A stretch of 44,046 nt of DNA from IMG/VR virus record IMGVR_UViG_3300037483_000599, positions 1 through 44,046 of that record; one strand, given 5' to 3'. Shown in pieces: positions 35,740 to 43,567 of this stretch; the stretch's first letter is position 1, and each line of letters starts with the position of its first letter. Position numbers and translations under genes: made by a program. The notes beneath the pieces were generated by a model. That model searched no databases. It was not told where the DNA came from and saw nothing but the letters and a program-made list of their open reading frames with translations. This DNA is from a virus. Taxonomy: Duplodnaviria; Caudoviricetes.

Positions 35740-36096
35740 ATGCCAAGGCTTGACGGATGGGCCCCGCCCACGCTGGCGTCGGTCGAAGGGCTGGCACAGG
35801 ATACCCTGGTCCGGTGCGGCTGCGGGCGGCGCGCGCCTGCGGGGTCCATGTACGACTACGCCCCGGTTCCCGTGGCGGAACGCCCGGTCCGGCCGGCCGG
35901 CGACTGGGGCGACCGGTACGTCTGTTGTAGCTGCCGAGAGGACGACTTCCGCACCGGCCGCCTGCCCAAGACCGCCTACCTGGGACACCTGCGGGCCCCG
36001 GCGGACCTGGTGGCCAAGGTCCGGGCCGACCGGGCCCTGCCCGATACCCGGCGCGGTTCCCTGGTGGCCCTTGCGACAGGTTCCGGGTCCGTCTAA
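35740..36096 (+). CDS. Cys-rich hypothetical protein
   Basis: VRCGCG...VCCSC; 3' end overlaps promoter P3. Confidence 0.6.
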   Translation: MPRLDGWAPPTLASVEGLAQDTLVRCGCGRRAPAGSMYDYAPVPVAERPVRPAGDWGDRYVCCSCREDDFRTGRLPKTAYLGHLRAPADLVAKVRADRALPDTRRGSLVALATGSGSV

Positions 36097-36099
36097 CAT
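36071..36099 (+). promoter_or_regulatory. Putative late promoter P3 (TTGCGA-17-TAACAT)
   Basis: TTGCGACAGG; upstream of the lysis genes. Confidence 0.7.
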
Positions 36100-36122
36100 G
36101 GTCCCGTAGCAAGACAATCCAC

Positions 36123-36182
36123 AGGCCCGAGGTACGGCCCCTGTGCGCCAGAAACGCGGCGCCCGGGGGCCGTTTTCGTTTT
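36123..36182 (+). terminator. Leader element L3: AGGCCCGA box plus intrinsic terminator
   Basis: Stem CGGCCCCTG(36135-43)/CGGGGGCCG(36164-72), inner GCGCC/GGCGC, then TTTTCGTTTT. Confidence 0.8.
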
Positions 36183-36194
36183 CCCGGAGCTGGT

Positions 36195-36416
36195 ATGACC
36201 CCGCCCACCGCCCCGCGGAACGGCTGGTCCGAGTACGAGAAGCTGGTCCTCTGGCGCCTCGACGCCCTGGACGAACGCATGGGCCACGTCGAGGCCACGG
36301 GGCGGCGGACAGAAAACAAGGTCACCGAGCTCAAGGTTCGAGCCGGCCTCTGGGGCATCCTGGCCGGGTCCATTCCCGGCCTCGTCGCGGCCCTGGTGTT
36401 CTGGCTCAAGTCGTAG
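36195..36416 (+). CDS. Coiled coil plus C-terminal TM protein (XhlA/holin-like)
   Basis: SD GGAG; 73 aa with one TM helix; first gene of the lysis module. Confidence 0.65.
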   Translation: MTPPTAPRNGWSEYEKLVLWRLDALDERMGHVEATGRRTENKVTELKVRAGLWGILAGSIPGLVAALVFWLKS

Positions 36417-36524
36417 TGGCGGGTTCGCCGGTGGGTGTGGGTGTGGGTGTGGGGTGGGCCCGCGGTCGGGCGGGCGGTACCACCGGCGGCCCGTTCCCCC
36501 TCTTTCTCTCCCGAGGTACTGGAC

Positions 36525-36761
36525 ATGAAACGGTTTCTGGCGGTAGTGGTGGCGGTCGTGGCCCTGGGCCTGGTCGCCGCGGCGTGCAGCGGCGTGTTTG
36601 ACGTGCGGGCGTCGGTCGAGACGTACTGCGCGACCCCGGTCCCCATCTTCTCGGCCAACCAGGCGGCGGCCCAGGACTCGGTCCCGTTCGGCTGCCCCTT
36701 CGGCTACATTGACGCGGCCGGCGACACCATCCTGTTCATTCCCGCCGCCACGCTTCCGTAG
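36525..36761 (+). CDS. Lipoprotein (possible o-spanin)
   Basis: MKRF, hydrophobic core, lipobox AAAC. Confidence 0.7.
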   Translation: MKRFLAVVVAVVALGLVAAACSGVFDVRASVETYCATPVPIFSANQAAAQDSVPFGCPFGYIDAAGDTILFIPAATLP

Positions 36762-36767
36762 TTTCCC

Positions 36768-36995
36768 GTGGCCACGACCACCCGCCGCGACCTGCCCACG
36801 ACCGCCTTTCTGGTGGTCGTGTGGGCCGTCGCATTCCTCGGGGTCGTCGCCGTGTCCCTGGTCAAGGGCGCGGTGCCGGCAGGCATGACCGAGCTCCTGG
36901 TGGGCACCAAGCTCCTCGAGGCCGCCCGGTTCGTCGGGAAGCGGTGGACGACCGACCCCGCGGTGACCGCGGCCGACCATGGGGTGGGCGCGTGA
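36768..36995 (+). CDS. Putative holin
   Basis: 75 aa with 1-2 TM helices; near the endolysin. Confidence 0.55.
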   Translation: MATTTRRDLPTTAFLVVVWAVAFLGVVAVSLVKGAVPAGMTELLVGTKLLEAARFVGKRWTTDPAVTAADHGVGA

Positions 36996-37261
36996 CCTGG
37001 CGCCAACGGTACCGGGCCCGCATGAACCGCCCGCGCCTGGCGGTCGAGGTGGTGTGGACGGACGCGGCCTCGGCCAATGCGTCCTGGAAACCCCTGGCCG
37101 ACCTGCGGCCCGCCACCGTCACCATTCACTCGGTGGGCTACCTCCTCGAGGTGACCCCGCGGTACGTGACCCTCCTTCAGAACGCGGGCGACAACGGCCG
37201 GGCGGCCGACACCATTACGGTCCCGCGGCCCTGTGTCCGGTCCATGCGGAGGCTTCGGTGA
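36992..37261 (+). CDS. Hypothetical phage protein
   Basis: 'VEVVWTDA...W...SVGYLL' pattern; GTGA coupling at both ends. Confidence 0.65.
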   Translation: MTWRQRYRARMNRPRLAVEVVWTDAASANASWKPLADLRPATVTIHSVGYLLEVTPRYVTLLQNAGDNGRAADTITVPRPCVRSMRRLR

Positions 37262-37773
37262 AGTTCGAGACGTGTCTGGCGTTCGTGTTGGAGCGCGAGG
37301 GCGGGTACGTGAACGACCCGGACGACCGTGGTGGCGAGACGAACTTCGGCATTACCGACGCCACCGCTGATGCCCACTTCGGCCGAAACGTCAACGTCCG
37401 GGACCTGACGCCGGTCCAGGTCGCGTCGGTCTACCGGGCCATCTGGGACCGGGGCCGGTGCGAGGACCTGCCCGGGCCCCTGCGTCTGGTTCACTTCGAC
37501 GCCTGTGTCAACCACGGGGTTACCACGGCCGCCGTGTTGCTCCAGCGGACCGTGGGGGTGGCGGCCGACGCCCTGGTGGGTCCGGTGACCCTGCGGGCCA
37601 CCCACGACTTCTGTCGGGACGTGTCCGGCGCGGCCGGCACGGTTGCCCACTACCTCGAGCTCAGGCGCCTGCGCTACAAGCACCTGGCCCGCACCCCGTC
37701 CCAGGCCAAGTTCCTGTCCGGGTGGCTCGACCGCCTGTGTCACGTCGCCGTCGCCACCCTCCTGTCTCTCTAG
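37258..37773 (+). CDS. Endolysin, glycoside hydrolase family 108
   Basis: 'EGGYVNDPDDRGGETNFGIT', 'FDACVNHG', 'FLSGWLDR'. Confidence 0.95.
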   Translation: MKFETCLAFVLEREGGYVNDPDDRGGETNFGITDATADAHFGRNVNVRDLTPVQVASVYRAIWDRGRCEDLPGPLRLVHFDACVNHGVTTAAVLLQRTVGVAADALVGPVTLRATHDFCRDVSGAAGTVAHYLELRRLRYKHLARTPSQAKFLSGWLDRLCHVAVATLLSL

Positions 37774-37787
37774 CTCCCGCGAGCCCG

Positions 37788-39122
37788 ATGCCGGCACCCA
37801 AGTACGACTGGACCAAGCTGGACCCCAAGATCCTGGACCACGTCCGCCACCACGGTCCGACCTGGACCCCCCTGGCCCTGGCCCTCGGGATGCCGCCCGG
37901 GAGTCTACGGAACCGGGTCCGGCGGGCCCTCGGACGCCAGGTGGCCGCGGCCGAGCGGGACTGGGCGAAGCGGGCCCCTGCCGATCCCGGCAAGGCGTTC
38001 CAGGCCGAGCGGGAACGGTTGCGCTCGGCCGACCAGACCGCGGCCCTGCGGGCCATGCTAAAGGCCGCCGCCCGGGAAACAACCCTCGAGGAGACCCTGG
38101 TGGCCCTGATCGAGGACACCGTGCCGCGGTTGCCGCCGGCCACGCCGGCCTGGGCCCCGCCCCCGCGGACCAAGGAGGCGCCGGTAGAGGAGACGGTGGT
38201 CCAGTTCTTCAGTGACTGGCACCTGTACGAGCGGGTGTCGGCGGAACGGACCCGGGGCCTGGCCGAGTACTCGGCCGAGATCGGGGCGGCCCGGGTGGCC
38301 CAGTCCGTGGCGTCCCACGCCAGTATCGTGACCAAGCTCCGGCGCTCCGGGTGGGCGTTCCCCGAGCTGGTCGTGGTCCTTGGTGGGGACTTTCACCCCG
38401 GCACCATTCACGAGCTCGAGCGCCATGCATCGGATGGCGCCAACGCTGTTCTGTCCACGTTCGGCTGCGCCTGGGTCCTTGCCCACGCCCTCCGCGACCT
38501 CGGCCGCCTCTACCCGTCCGTCCACGTCGTCGGGGTGCCGGGCAACCACGGGCGCCTGCCGGACGCCCGCCGGGTCCAGCAGAAGGACCCCACCCGGAAC
38601 TGGGACTACCTCGTGTACCTGCTGGCCCGCCAGATGCTGTCCGACCAGGGGCACTTCCATTTCTGGTTCCCGGACAGCTACGCGGCCCAGGTGGACATCC
38701 GTGGCTGGCAGTTCCTGGTGACCCACGGCCACGACATCAAGTCCTGGAACTCGATCCCGCATTACGGGATCGCCCGCTTCGTCCAGAACACCAACGCCGT
38801 TGAGGCGGCGCGGGCCAACGTCCTGCACTACGTCCTCCTGGCCCATTTCCACGAGCACAGCACCCTGCCCCATGCCGCGGGCGAGGTCCTGGTGAATGGA
38901 TCCGTTATCGGACCGACCGAGTTCGGCGTCAACGCCCTGGGTCGGGCCGCCGGTCCCCATCAGCTCATGTTCGGTGTGCACCGGGAACACGGCGTCACCC
39001 ACCGCTGGCCCCTGCGCCTCGACCGCCCCGCCAAGGACCTTCCGGCCTGGGGCGTGGCCCCTTGGCGCGAAGTCCAGGGGTCGGCCGAGTTGGGGGTTCA
39101 ACGCCTGCGGGTGGCCGCATGA
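37788..39122 (+). CDS. Calcineurin-like metallophosphoesterase with N-terminal HTH/coiled coil
   Basis: SDWH, GGD, GNHGR, THGH, AHFH. Confidence 0.88.
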   Translation: MPAPKYDWTKLDPKILDHVRHHGPTWTPLALALGMPPGSLRNRVRRALGRQVAAAERDWAKRAPADPGKAFQAERERLRSADQTAALRAMLKAAARETTLEETLVALIEDTVPRLPPATPAWAPPPRTKEAPVEETVVQFFSDWHLYERVSAERTRGLAEYSAEIGAARVAQSVASHASIVTKLRRSGWAFPELVVVLGGDFHPGTIHELERHASDGANAVLSTFGCAWVLAHALRDLGRLYPSVHVVGVPGNHGRLPDARRVQQKDPTRNWDYLVYLLARQMLSDQGHFHFWFPDSYAAQVDIRGWQFLVTHGHDIKSWNSIPHYGIARFVQNTNAVEAARANVLHYVLLAHFHEHSTLPHAAGEVLVNGSVIGPTEFGVNALGRAAGPHQLMFGVHREHGVTHRWPLRLDRPAKDLPAWGVAPWREVQGSAELGVQRLRVAA

Positions 39123-39235
39123 CGTGGCGGGCCCGGGCCGTCACGGCCGGCCGGTGGCTGGGGTTCGTCTCGGCCCTGGTGGTCACGTTCTACGTCATGA
39201 CGCTACTCGAGGCAGCGTTCGGGAGGTGTCCATGA
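39119..39235 (+). CDS. Small membrane peptide (38 aa)
   Basis: MTWRARAVTAGRWLGFVSALVVTFYVMTLLEAAFGRCP; ATGA-coupled at both ends; absent from the ORF track. Confidence 0.5.
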   Translation: MTWRARAVTAGRWLGFVSALVVTFYVMTLLEAAFGRCP

Positions 39236-39882
39236 AACGCCTGGCTGTGGTGTTCCCCTGGGTCCTGGTCGCCGCCCTGATGGCCTGGGTCCTGTGGCCC
39301 CGGTCCCCTACCGTGTCCCTGTCCGACGCGGCCGACGCGGCCCGGGCCGGCGGGGACTCGGCCGTCACCGCCTACCGGTCCCAGGCGGCCCTGGACGCCA
39401 TGGCCAACGCCAACGCGGCCCTGGCCGACAGCCTGGCGCGGTACCAGGCCAAGGCGCGGGTGGTGGCCAAGGTCGTGGTTACCCGGGACACCGTCACGGT
39501 CCGGGACACCGTCTGGCTGGCGGCCACCACGTCGGCCGACACGTCCACCGGGGACACGGCCACGGTGGTGGTCCCGCCCGCGGTGGCGGACGGGGTAGAG
39601 ATCCATGAAACCCTGCGGGTGACCCCCGCAACGGCCCGGGTCCAACGGGCCAGCCTATCGGTGGTCATTCACCCCGACACCCTGGCCCTGGCCCTCCTGC
39701 GCCTCCCCAACGGCCTGGACCGCCTGGTGGCCGTGGGTGGGCCCGACACCCGGGCCCGGGTCCTGGACGCGGCCCAGGTCCGGCCGGGTCCGTCTACGGC
39801 CCAGAAGGCCCTGACGTGGGCCACCCGGGCCCTGGCTGTCTATGGGGGGTTCCGCCTGGGCCGGGACCTGCTCTCTCGGTAA
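39232..39882 (+). CDS. Membrane-anchored protein, i-spanin-like
   Basis: N-terminal TM, helical segment, DTV repeats; end of the lysis module. Confidence 0.55.
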   Translation: MKRLAVVFPWVLVAALMAWVLWPRSPTVSLSDAADAARAGGDSAVTAYRSQAALDAMANANAALADSLARYQAKARVVAKVVVTRDTVTVRDTVWLAATTSADTSTGDTATVVVPPAVADGVEIHETLRVTPATARVQRASLSVVIHPDTLALALLRLPNGLDRLVAVGGPDTRARVLDAAQVRPGPSTAQKALTWATRALAVYGGFRLGRDLLSR

Positions 39883-39954
39883 TTGTAACGGTCGTGTCAC
39901 GGGCCATACTAGGCCCGGTCGGACCCTTGCGCGGACCCGACAAGGCCCTAGATT
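39883..39954 (+). promoter_or_regulatory. Putative tandem early promoters (TTGTAA-16-CATACT; TTGCGC-16-TAGATT)
   Basis: Start of a 330-bp non-coding region; GGACCC at 39921, 39933 and 39955. Confidence 0.4.
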
Positions 39955-40105
39955 GGACCCCGTCAAGACGGCCCGGTCAACGCGACCCCCACGGGTTGAG
40001 CCAAGCGGCTGAAGCGAGACGGGTAGCGCAGGGAAGCGGCGGGTCCACCCACCAACATGGCTCTGACCCGGCCACCCGACTCTGACACCATAGCACAAGC
40101 TGAAC

Positions 40106-40149
40106 GCGGAACGGTCCGGGCCCGATAACGGGGCTCGGTTCCGTTTCGT
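40106..40149 (+). terminator. Terminator-like hairpin
   Basis: GCGGAAC...GTTCCGT followed by TTCGT. Confidence 0.4.
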
Positions 40150-40150
40150 G

Positions 40151-40193
40151 GCCCGGGTGCGGGGTGGTGCCGGTTCGAGTCCGGCGCCCGGGC
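40151..40193 (+). ncRNA. tRNA-like minihelix 1 (acceptor stem plus T-arm only)
   Basis: GCCCGGGT-gcggggtggt-GCCGG TTCGAGT CCGGC-GCCCGGGC. Confidence 0.6.
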
Positions 40194-40213
40194 GTTTCCC
40201 CCCAAGGAGTCAC

Positions 40214-40408
40214 ATGATGCGCCGCAACGAGCAGAAGTCCACGACGCAATGGCTTGTCACGATAGTTGATGCACGCGGGTCAACGGTGCGCGTCCGGCGC
40301 TTCCTGTCAGCAGAGCAAGCCCAGGAACACGCCGCGCAAGCTCTCTCTCGGGGCTTCGGCGCCAGGATAGAAGCACCTCTCAAAGAGGGCGGTGCCGACC
40401 ATGCGTAA
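40214..40408 (+). CDS. Hypothetical protein
   Basis: Strong SD AAGGAG; atypical codon usage. Confidence 0.65.
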   Translation: MMRRNEQKSTTQWLVTIVDARGSTVRVRRFLSAEQAQEHAAQALSRGFGARIEAPLKEGGADHA

Positions 40409-40616
40409 CAGGTTCGGCCGCGGTGGCGTCTACCGATGCCAGGACTGCGGCAAACGAACCCGGGACACGGACGGGGAGGGCACGTCCGGCCAGTGTCGGA
40501 AGTGCCGGGACGAGGCCGAGCAGGCCAACGCCCACGCGGACGGTGTCCACGACGCCCTCGGGCCCGTGGACGGGTGCCCGGTCTGCCGGGCCACGAAACA
40601 GGAGGGGTCCCCATGA
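40401..40616 (+). CDS. Zn-finger protein
   Basis: CQDC..CRKC..H..H..CPVC. Confidence 0.7.
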   Translation: MRNRFGRGGVYRCQDCGKRTRDTDGEGTSGQCRKCRDEAEQANAHADGVHDALGPVDGCPVCRATKQEGSP

Positions 40617-41260
40617 TCGAGCTACTGCACAAACACACCGGCGTCGTGGTGTTCCGGTCTGAGTCGGCGACCACCATTCCCGAAGCCGTGAAGGAAGCGG
40701 TGCGGTTGAGGGCGAACCTCGGCGGGGCGAACCTCCGCGGGGCGGACCTCGGCGGGGCGAACCTCGGCGGGGCGAACCTCCGCGGGGCGTACCTCGGCGG
40801 GGCGAACCTCGGCGGGGCGGACCTCGGCGGGGCGGACCTCGGCGGGGCGAACCTCCGCGGGGCGGACCTCGGCGGGGCGAACCTCGGCGGGGCGAACCTC
40901 GGCGGGGCGAACCTCCGCGGGGCGGACCTCGGCGGGGCGAACCTCGGCGGGGCGAACCTCCGCGGGGCGAAGTACTCGGACGGCACCACCTGGCCCGCCC
41001 CGACCATGGTGTTCCTGGCGAACTGGGGCGCGGTCACGGACGTGCTGTGTACGGCCATGATGCGCCTGGACGCGGCGTGTCACCCTGACCCGGCGGCATT
41101 CGACCTCTGGGCGGCGGGCGGGCCGTGCCCGTACAACGGGGTCAAGTTCGGCCGTGCCGCATCGTTCCAGGAACACAAAGACCTCTGGTCCCCGGGCCCG
41201 GTCCGGCCCTGGGAGGTAGTCCAGGGCCTACTGGCCGAGTACCTGGTCAGGATCCCATGA
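40613..41260 (+). CDS. Pentapeptide repeat protein
   Basis: 17 A(N/D/Y)L(G/R)G repeats. Confidence 0.92.
   Translation: MIELLHKHTGVVVFRSESATTIPEAVKEAVRLRANLGGANLRGADLGGANLGGANLRGAYLGGANLGGADLGGADLGGANLRGADLGGANLGGANLGGANLRGADLGGANLGGANLRGAKYSDGTTWPAPTMVFLANWGAVTDVLCTAMMRLDAACHPDPAAFDLWAAGGPCPYNGVKFGRAASFQEHKDLWSPGPVRPWEVVQGLLAEYLVRIP
40712..40966 (+). repeat. 15-bp coding tandem repeat, 17 copies
   Basis: GCG(A/G/T)ACCTC(G/C)GCGGG units. Confidence 0.95.
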
Positions 41261-41562
41261 CCCCCGGCCTGGCCATCGGTCCCCTGGGCGTGGCCGACTA
41301 CCTGGCCACGGTCAAGGCTGCGGCCGGGTGCTGGGGGAACCTGCGGCCCGTCATGCGGGCCGCCTCCGGTTTAAACGTGCGGAACGGGCGCGGGGCCGCG
41401 GCCGGTGGGCGTAACCCGCTGGTCCAGGACCGCGGGCCCGGACCCAAGTCTCGGCCGTCCTGGGTGCGGCCCAAGGGGTTCATGGGCCCGTGTCCCGGGT
41501 GCGGTTCCACGACGTGCCCCGGCTGGTACAAGCCGGACGGGGACCACCTGCTGTCGTTCTGA
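41257..41562 (+). CDS. Hypothetical protein with CPGC..C..H motif
   Basis: ATGA coupling. Confidence 0.5.
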   Translation: MTPGLAIGPLGVADYLATVKAAAGCWGNLRPVMRAASGLNVRNGRGAAAGGRNPLVQDRGPGPKSRPSWVRPKGFMGPCPGCGSTTCPGWYKPDGDHLLSF

Positions 41563-41639
41563 CCCGGGTTGGCCACCGGCGTGCCGGCGATTGGCCACAT
41601 AGGAGCCGTCTCACGAAAGTGTGATCGGGGCAACGTGGC

Positions 41640-41692
41640 GCACGTTCCCCTGGCGTGGTCCTGGCCGGTTCGACCCCGGCCCCAGGGAGTGC
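41640..41692 (+). ncRNA. tRNA-like minihelix 2
   Basis: CCCTGG-cgtggtcct-GGCCGG TTCGACC CCGGCC-CCAGGG, extended by GCAC/GTGC. Confidence 0.6.
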
Positions 41693-41797
41693 AGGGTGGG
41701 TTCTAGAGGGTGATTTGCAGCGTGGGGGCCATACCCACGGCCTAGGCCAGGCCGGCCCACCGGTCCCCACGAGTTCCCCCCAAGGAGGTACGACCCT

Positions 41798-42001
41798 ATG
41801 GCCACCGCGACCATGAAGCCCGAGCCCGTGCGGCTGCGGCGCCGCCCCATCGAGCGGGGACAGACCCGCGAGGCGGACGGCCGCAAGAAGCTCCTCGATT
41901 GCTGCGTCTGCCTCGAGACGGTGGTGGTGGACGTGCGAACCGTCCGGGTGAAGTGCGGGCGGTGCACCATCGAGCGCCGACCATGGCCGGACGAGGGGTG
42001 A
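41798..42001 (+). CDS. Zn-ribbon protein
   Basis: SD AAGGAGGT; CCVC...CGRC. Confidence 0.7.
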   Translation: MATATMKPEPVRLRRRPIERGQTREADGRKKLLDCCVCLETVVVDVRTVRVKCGRCTIERRPWPDEG

Positions 42002-42005
42002 TTCC

Positions 42006-42608
42006 ATGAACCGAGAGGAATATCTGGCCCGGGCCACCGAGGCCCTGCGGCCCTGGTTCCAGGCCCACAGTCACCCGGTCCCGGCCCAGGTCCGGGTGTC
42101 GGTCGGGTGGCCGTCCCGCGGGGCCACGTCCCTGAAGCGCCGGACCATCGGTCAACACTGGGACCCGGCCGCGGCGGCCGATGGCTCGCACAACATCTTC
42201 GTGTCACCGTTCCTGGGGACCGCGGCCGAGGCCCTGGACACGCTGGCCCACGAGTTGGTGCACGCGGCGTCTCCGGCCGGATCCAAGCATGGGCCCAAGT
42301 TCGTGAAGGTGGCCAAAGCGGTCGGGCTGACCGCCGGAAAGCCCACGTCGGCCGGTGCCGGCGACGAGCTACGGGCCGAGTTGGTCCGCATCGAAGCCGA
42401 CCTTGGCTCCTACCCCCATGCCAAGGTGTCCCCGGGGCTGGTGCTGCGGACCCAGGGCACGCGACTCCTGAAGGCCGAGTGCCAGGGGTGCGGCTACACC
42501 GTCCGGGTAACCCGCAAGTGGCTGGATCATGGCGCCCCGCTGTGCCCGTGCAACCGGGAACCCATGACGGTGGACGACGAGGAGAAGGTGTACGGCGGCC
42601 CGGCGTAA
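42006..42608 (+). CDS. SprT-like zinc metalloprotease
   Basis: 'TLAHELVHA...HGPKF' and C-terminal CQGC...CPC. Confidence 0.85.
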   Translation: MNREEYLARATEALRPWFQAHSHPVPAQVRVSVGWPSRGATSLKRRTIGQHWDPAAAADGSHNIFVSPFLGTAAEALDTLAHELVHAASPAGSKHGPKFVKVAKAVGLTAGKPTSAGAGDELRAELVRIEADLGSYPHAKVSPGLVLRTQGTRLLKAECQGCGYTVRVTRKWLDHGAPLCPCNREPMTVDDEEKVYGGPA

Positions 42609-42616
42609 GGGTGAGG

Positions 42617-42657
42617 GGGCGAACCCCCGGGTGTGTGCTGGCCCCGGGGGTTGCCCC
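42617..42657. terminator. Hairpin between convergent genes
   Basis: AACCCCCGGG/CCCGGGGGTT inverted repeat; no clear U-tract. Confidence 0.4.
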
Positions 42658-42812
42658 ATCCCCAGGACTCAGGCGGCCTGGTCCAACAGCCTTAAAGCCT
42701 GTCGTGCGCGGTCTACCCAAGCGAGAAGTTCGGCACGGGTGACCGGGTCGCCCTGGGCCACCCGGGCCGCGAGGTCGTCTAGGAGTTGAGTAAAAGCCTC
42801 CACCTGTTCCCC

Positions 42813-43235
42813 TCACCTTCTGCGCTGGGCAGTATGGGAACGCAGCCGCTCGATCCACCTGCCCAGCTCGACGCGAGACAGAGCGACACCGTCCTGCTCG
42901 CCCTGGCGCAGGTACAGGACAAACTCGTCCAGTTCCCGCCGGACCATCACAAGCTGGTCCCCAGGGGTAGGTCCCCCCTCGGGGGAAACTACCAGGCCGG
43001 CGGGGGTCGGTTCTGTGACACCGGGCACCGACTCGGTGCGTTGGCGCCGCGCCAGGCCGCGGAGGCGTTCTAGGCTGGTGGCGCCCGGGGGCTTGTTCCT
43101 GAGCCACTTGGACACCGTGGACTCGTGGACCCCGAGCTCCTCGGCAACTGACCGGTAGGTCAGGCCGAGGGTGTGGAGGATGCGTTCGGCTTCGGCGCGG
43201 CGCGCTTCCCGTGCTTTGGCCCGGTCGGGAGCCAT
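42813..43235 (-). CDS. XRE-family HTH repressor (cI-like)
   Basis: 'LGLTYRSVAEELGVHESTVSKWL'; divergent from the early operon. Confidence 0.8.
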   Translation of the reverse strand: MAPDRAKAREARRAEAERILHTLGLTYRSVAEELGVHESTVSKWLRNKPPGATSLERLRGLARRQRTESVPGVTEPTPAGLVVSPEGGPTPGDQLVMVRRELDEFVLYLRQGEQDGVALSRVELGRWIERLRSHTAQRRR

Positions 43236-43260
43236 AGGCGCGAACCTGTCAGTTAGAAGG

Positions 43261-43296
43261 TTGGGCAACCGTAACGATCCGTGATACTTGGCGCAA
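43261..43296. promoter_or_regulatory. Overlapping divergent promoters (minus: TTGCGC-17-TACGGT; plus: TTGGGC-16-GATACT)
   Basis: In the 68-bp gap between the repressor ATG and the first rightward gene. Confidence 0.55.
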
Positions 43297-43303
43297 GGTG
43301 ACC

Positions 43304-43567
43304 ATGCCCCGGCACGTCTACCGTCTTGACCTGGACCCCGACGAGGCCCTGTTGGTGCGGGTCCTGGTCGGCCTGGCTAACGCCATGGCCGCCGGGGACG
43401 CCCTGGTCGTGGACACCTGCCTTGACCGGGTTGGGCACGTCGTCCGACATGTCGGCGGCGGCCCGGCCCTGGTGCCCTTCACCGGGCGCCTGTACGCCCT
43501 GACCGACGCGGTCAAGTTGAACTGGAAGGACGACACCCCGGCCCCCGAAGGAGGCACGGTCCCATGA
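43304..43567 (+). CDS. Hypothetical protein (first early gene)
   Basis: GC3-biased; ATGA-coupled to the next gene. Confidence 0.65.
   Translation: MPRHVYRLDLDPDEALLVRVLVGLANAMAAGDALVVDTCLDRVGHVVRHVGGGPALVPFTGRLYALTDAVKLNWKDDTPAPEGGTVP

Noticed and set aside
40210-41176. Minus-strand repeat ORFs (RFAPP and AEVRP repeats)
   Set aside because: Shadow frames of the pentapeptide repeat gene.
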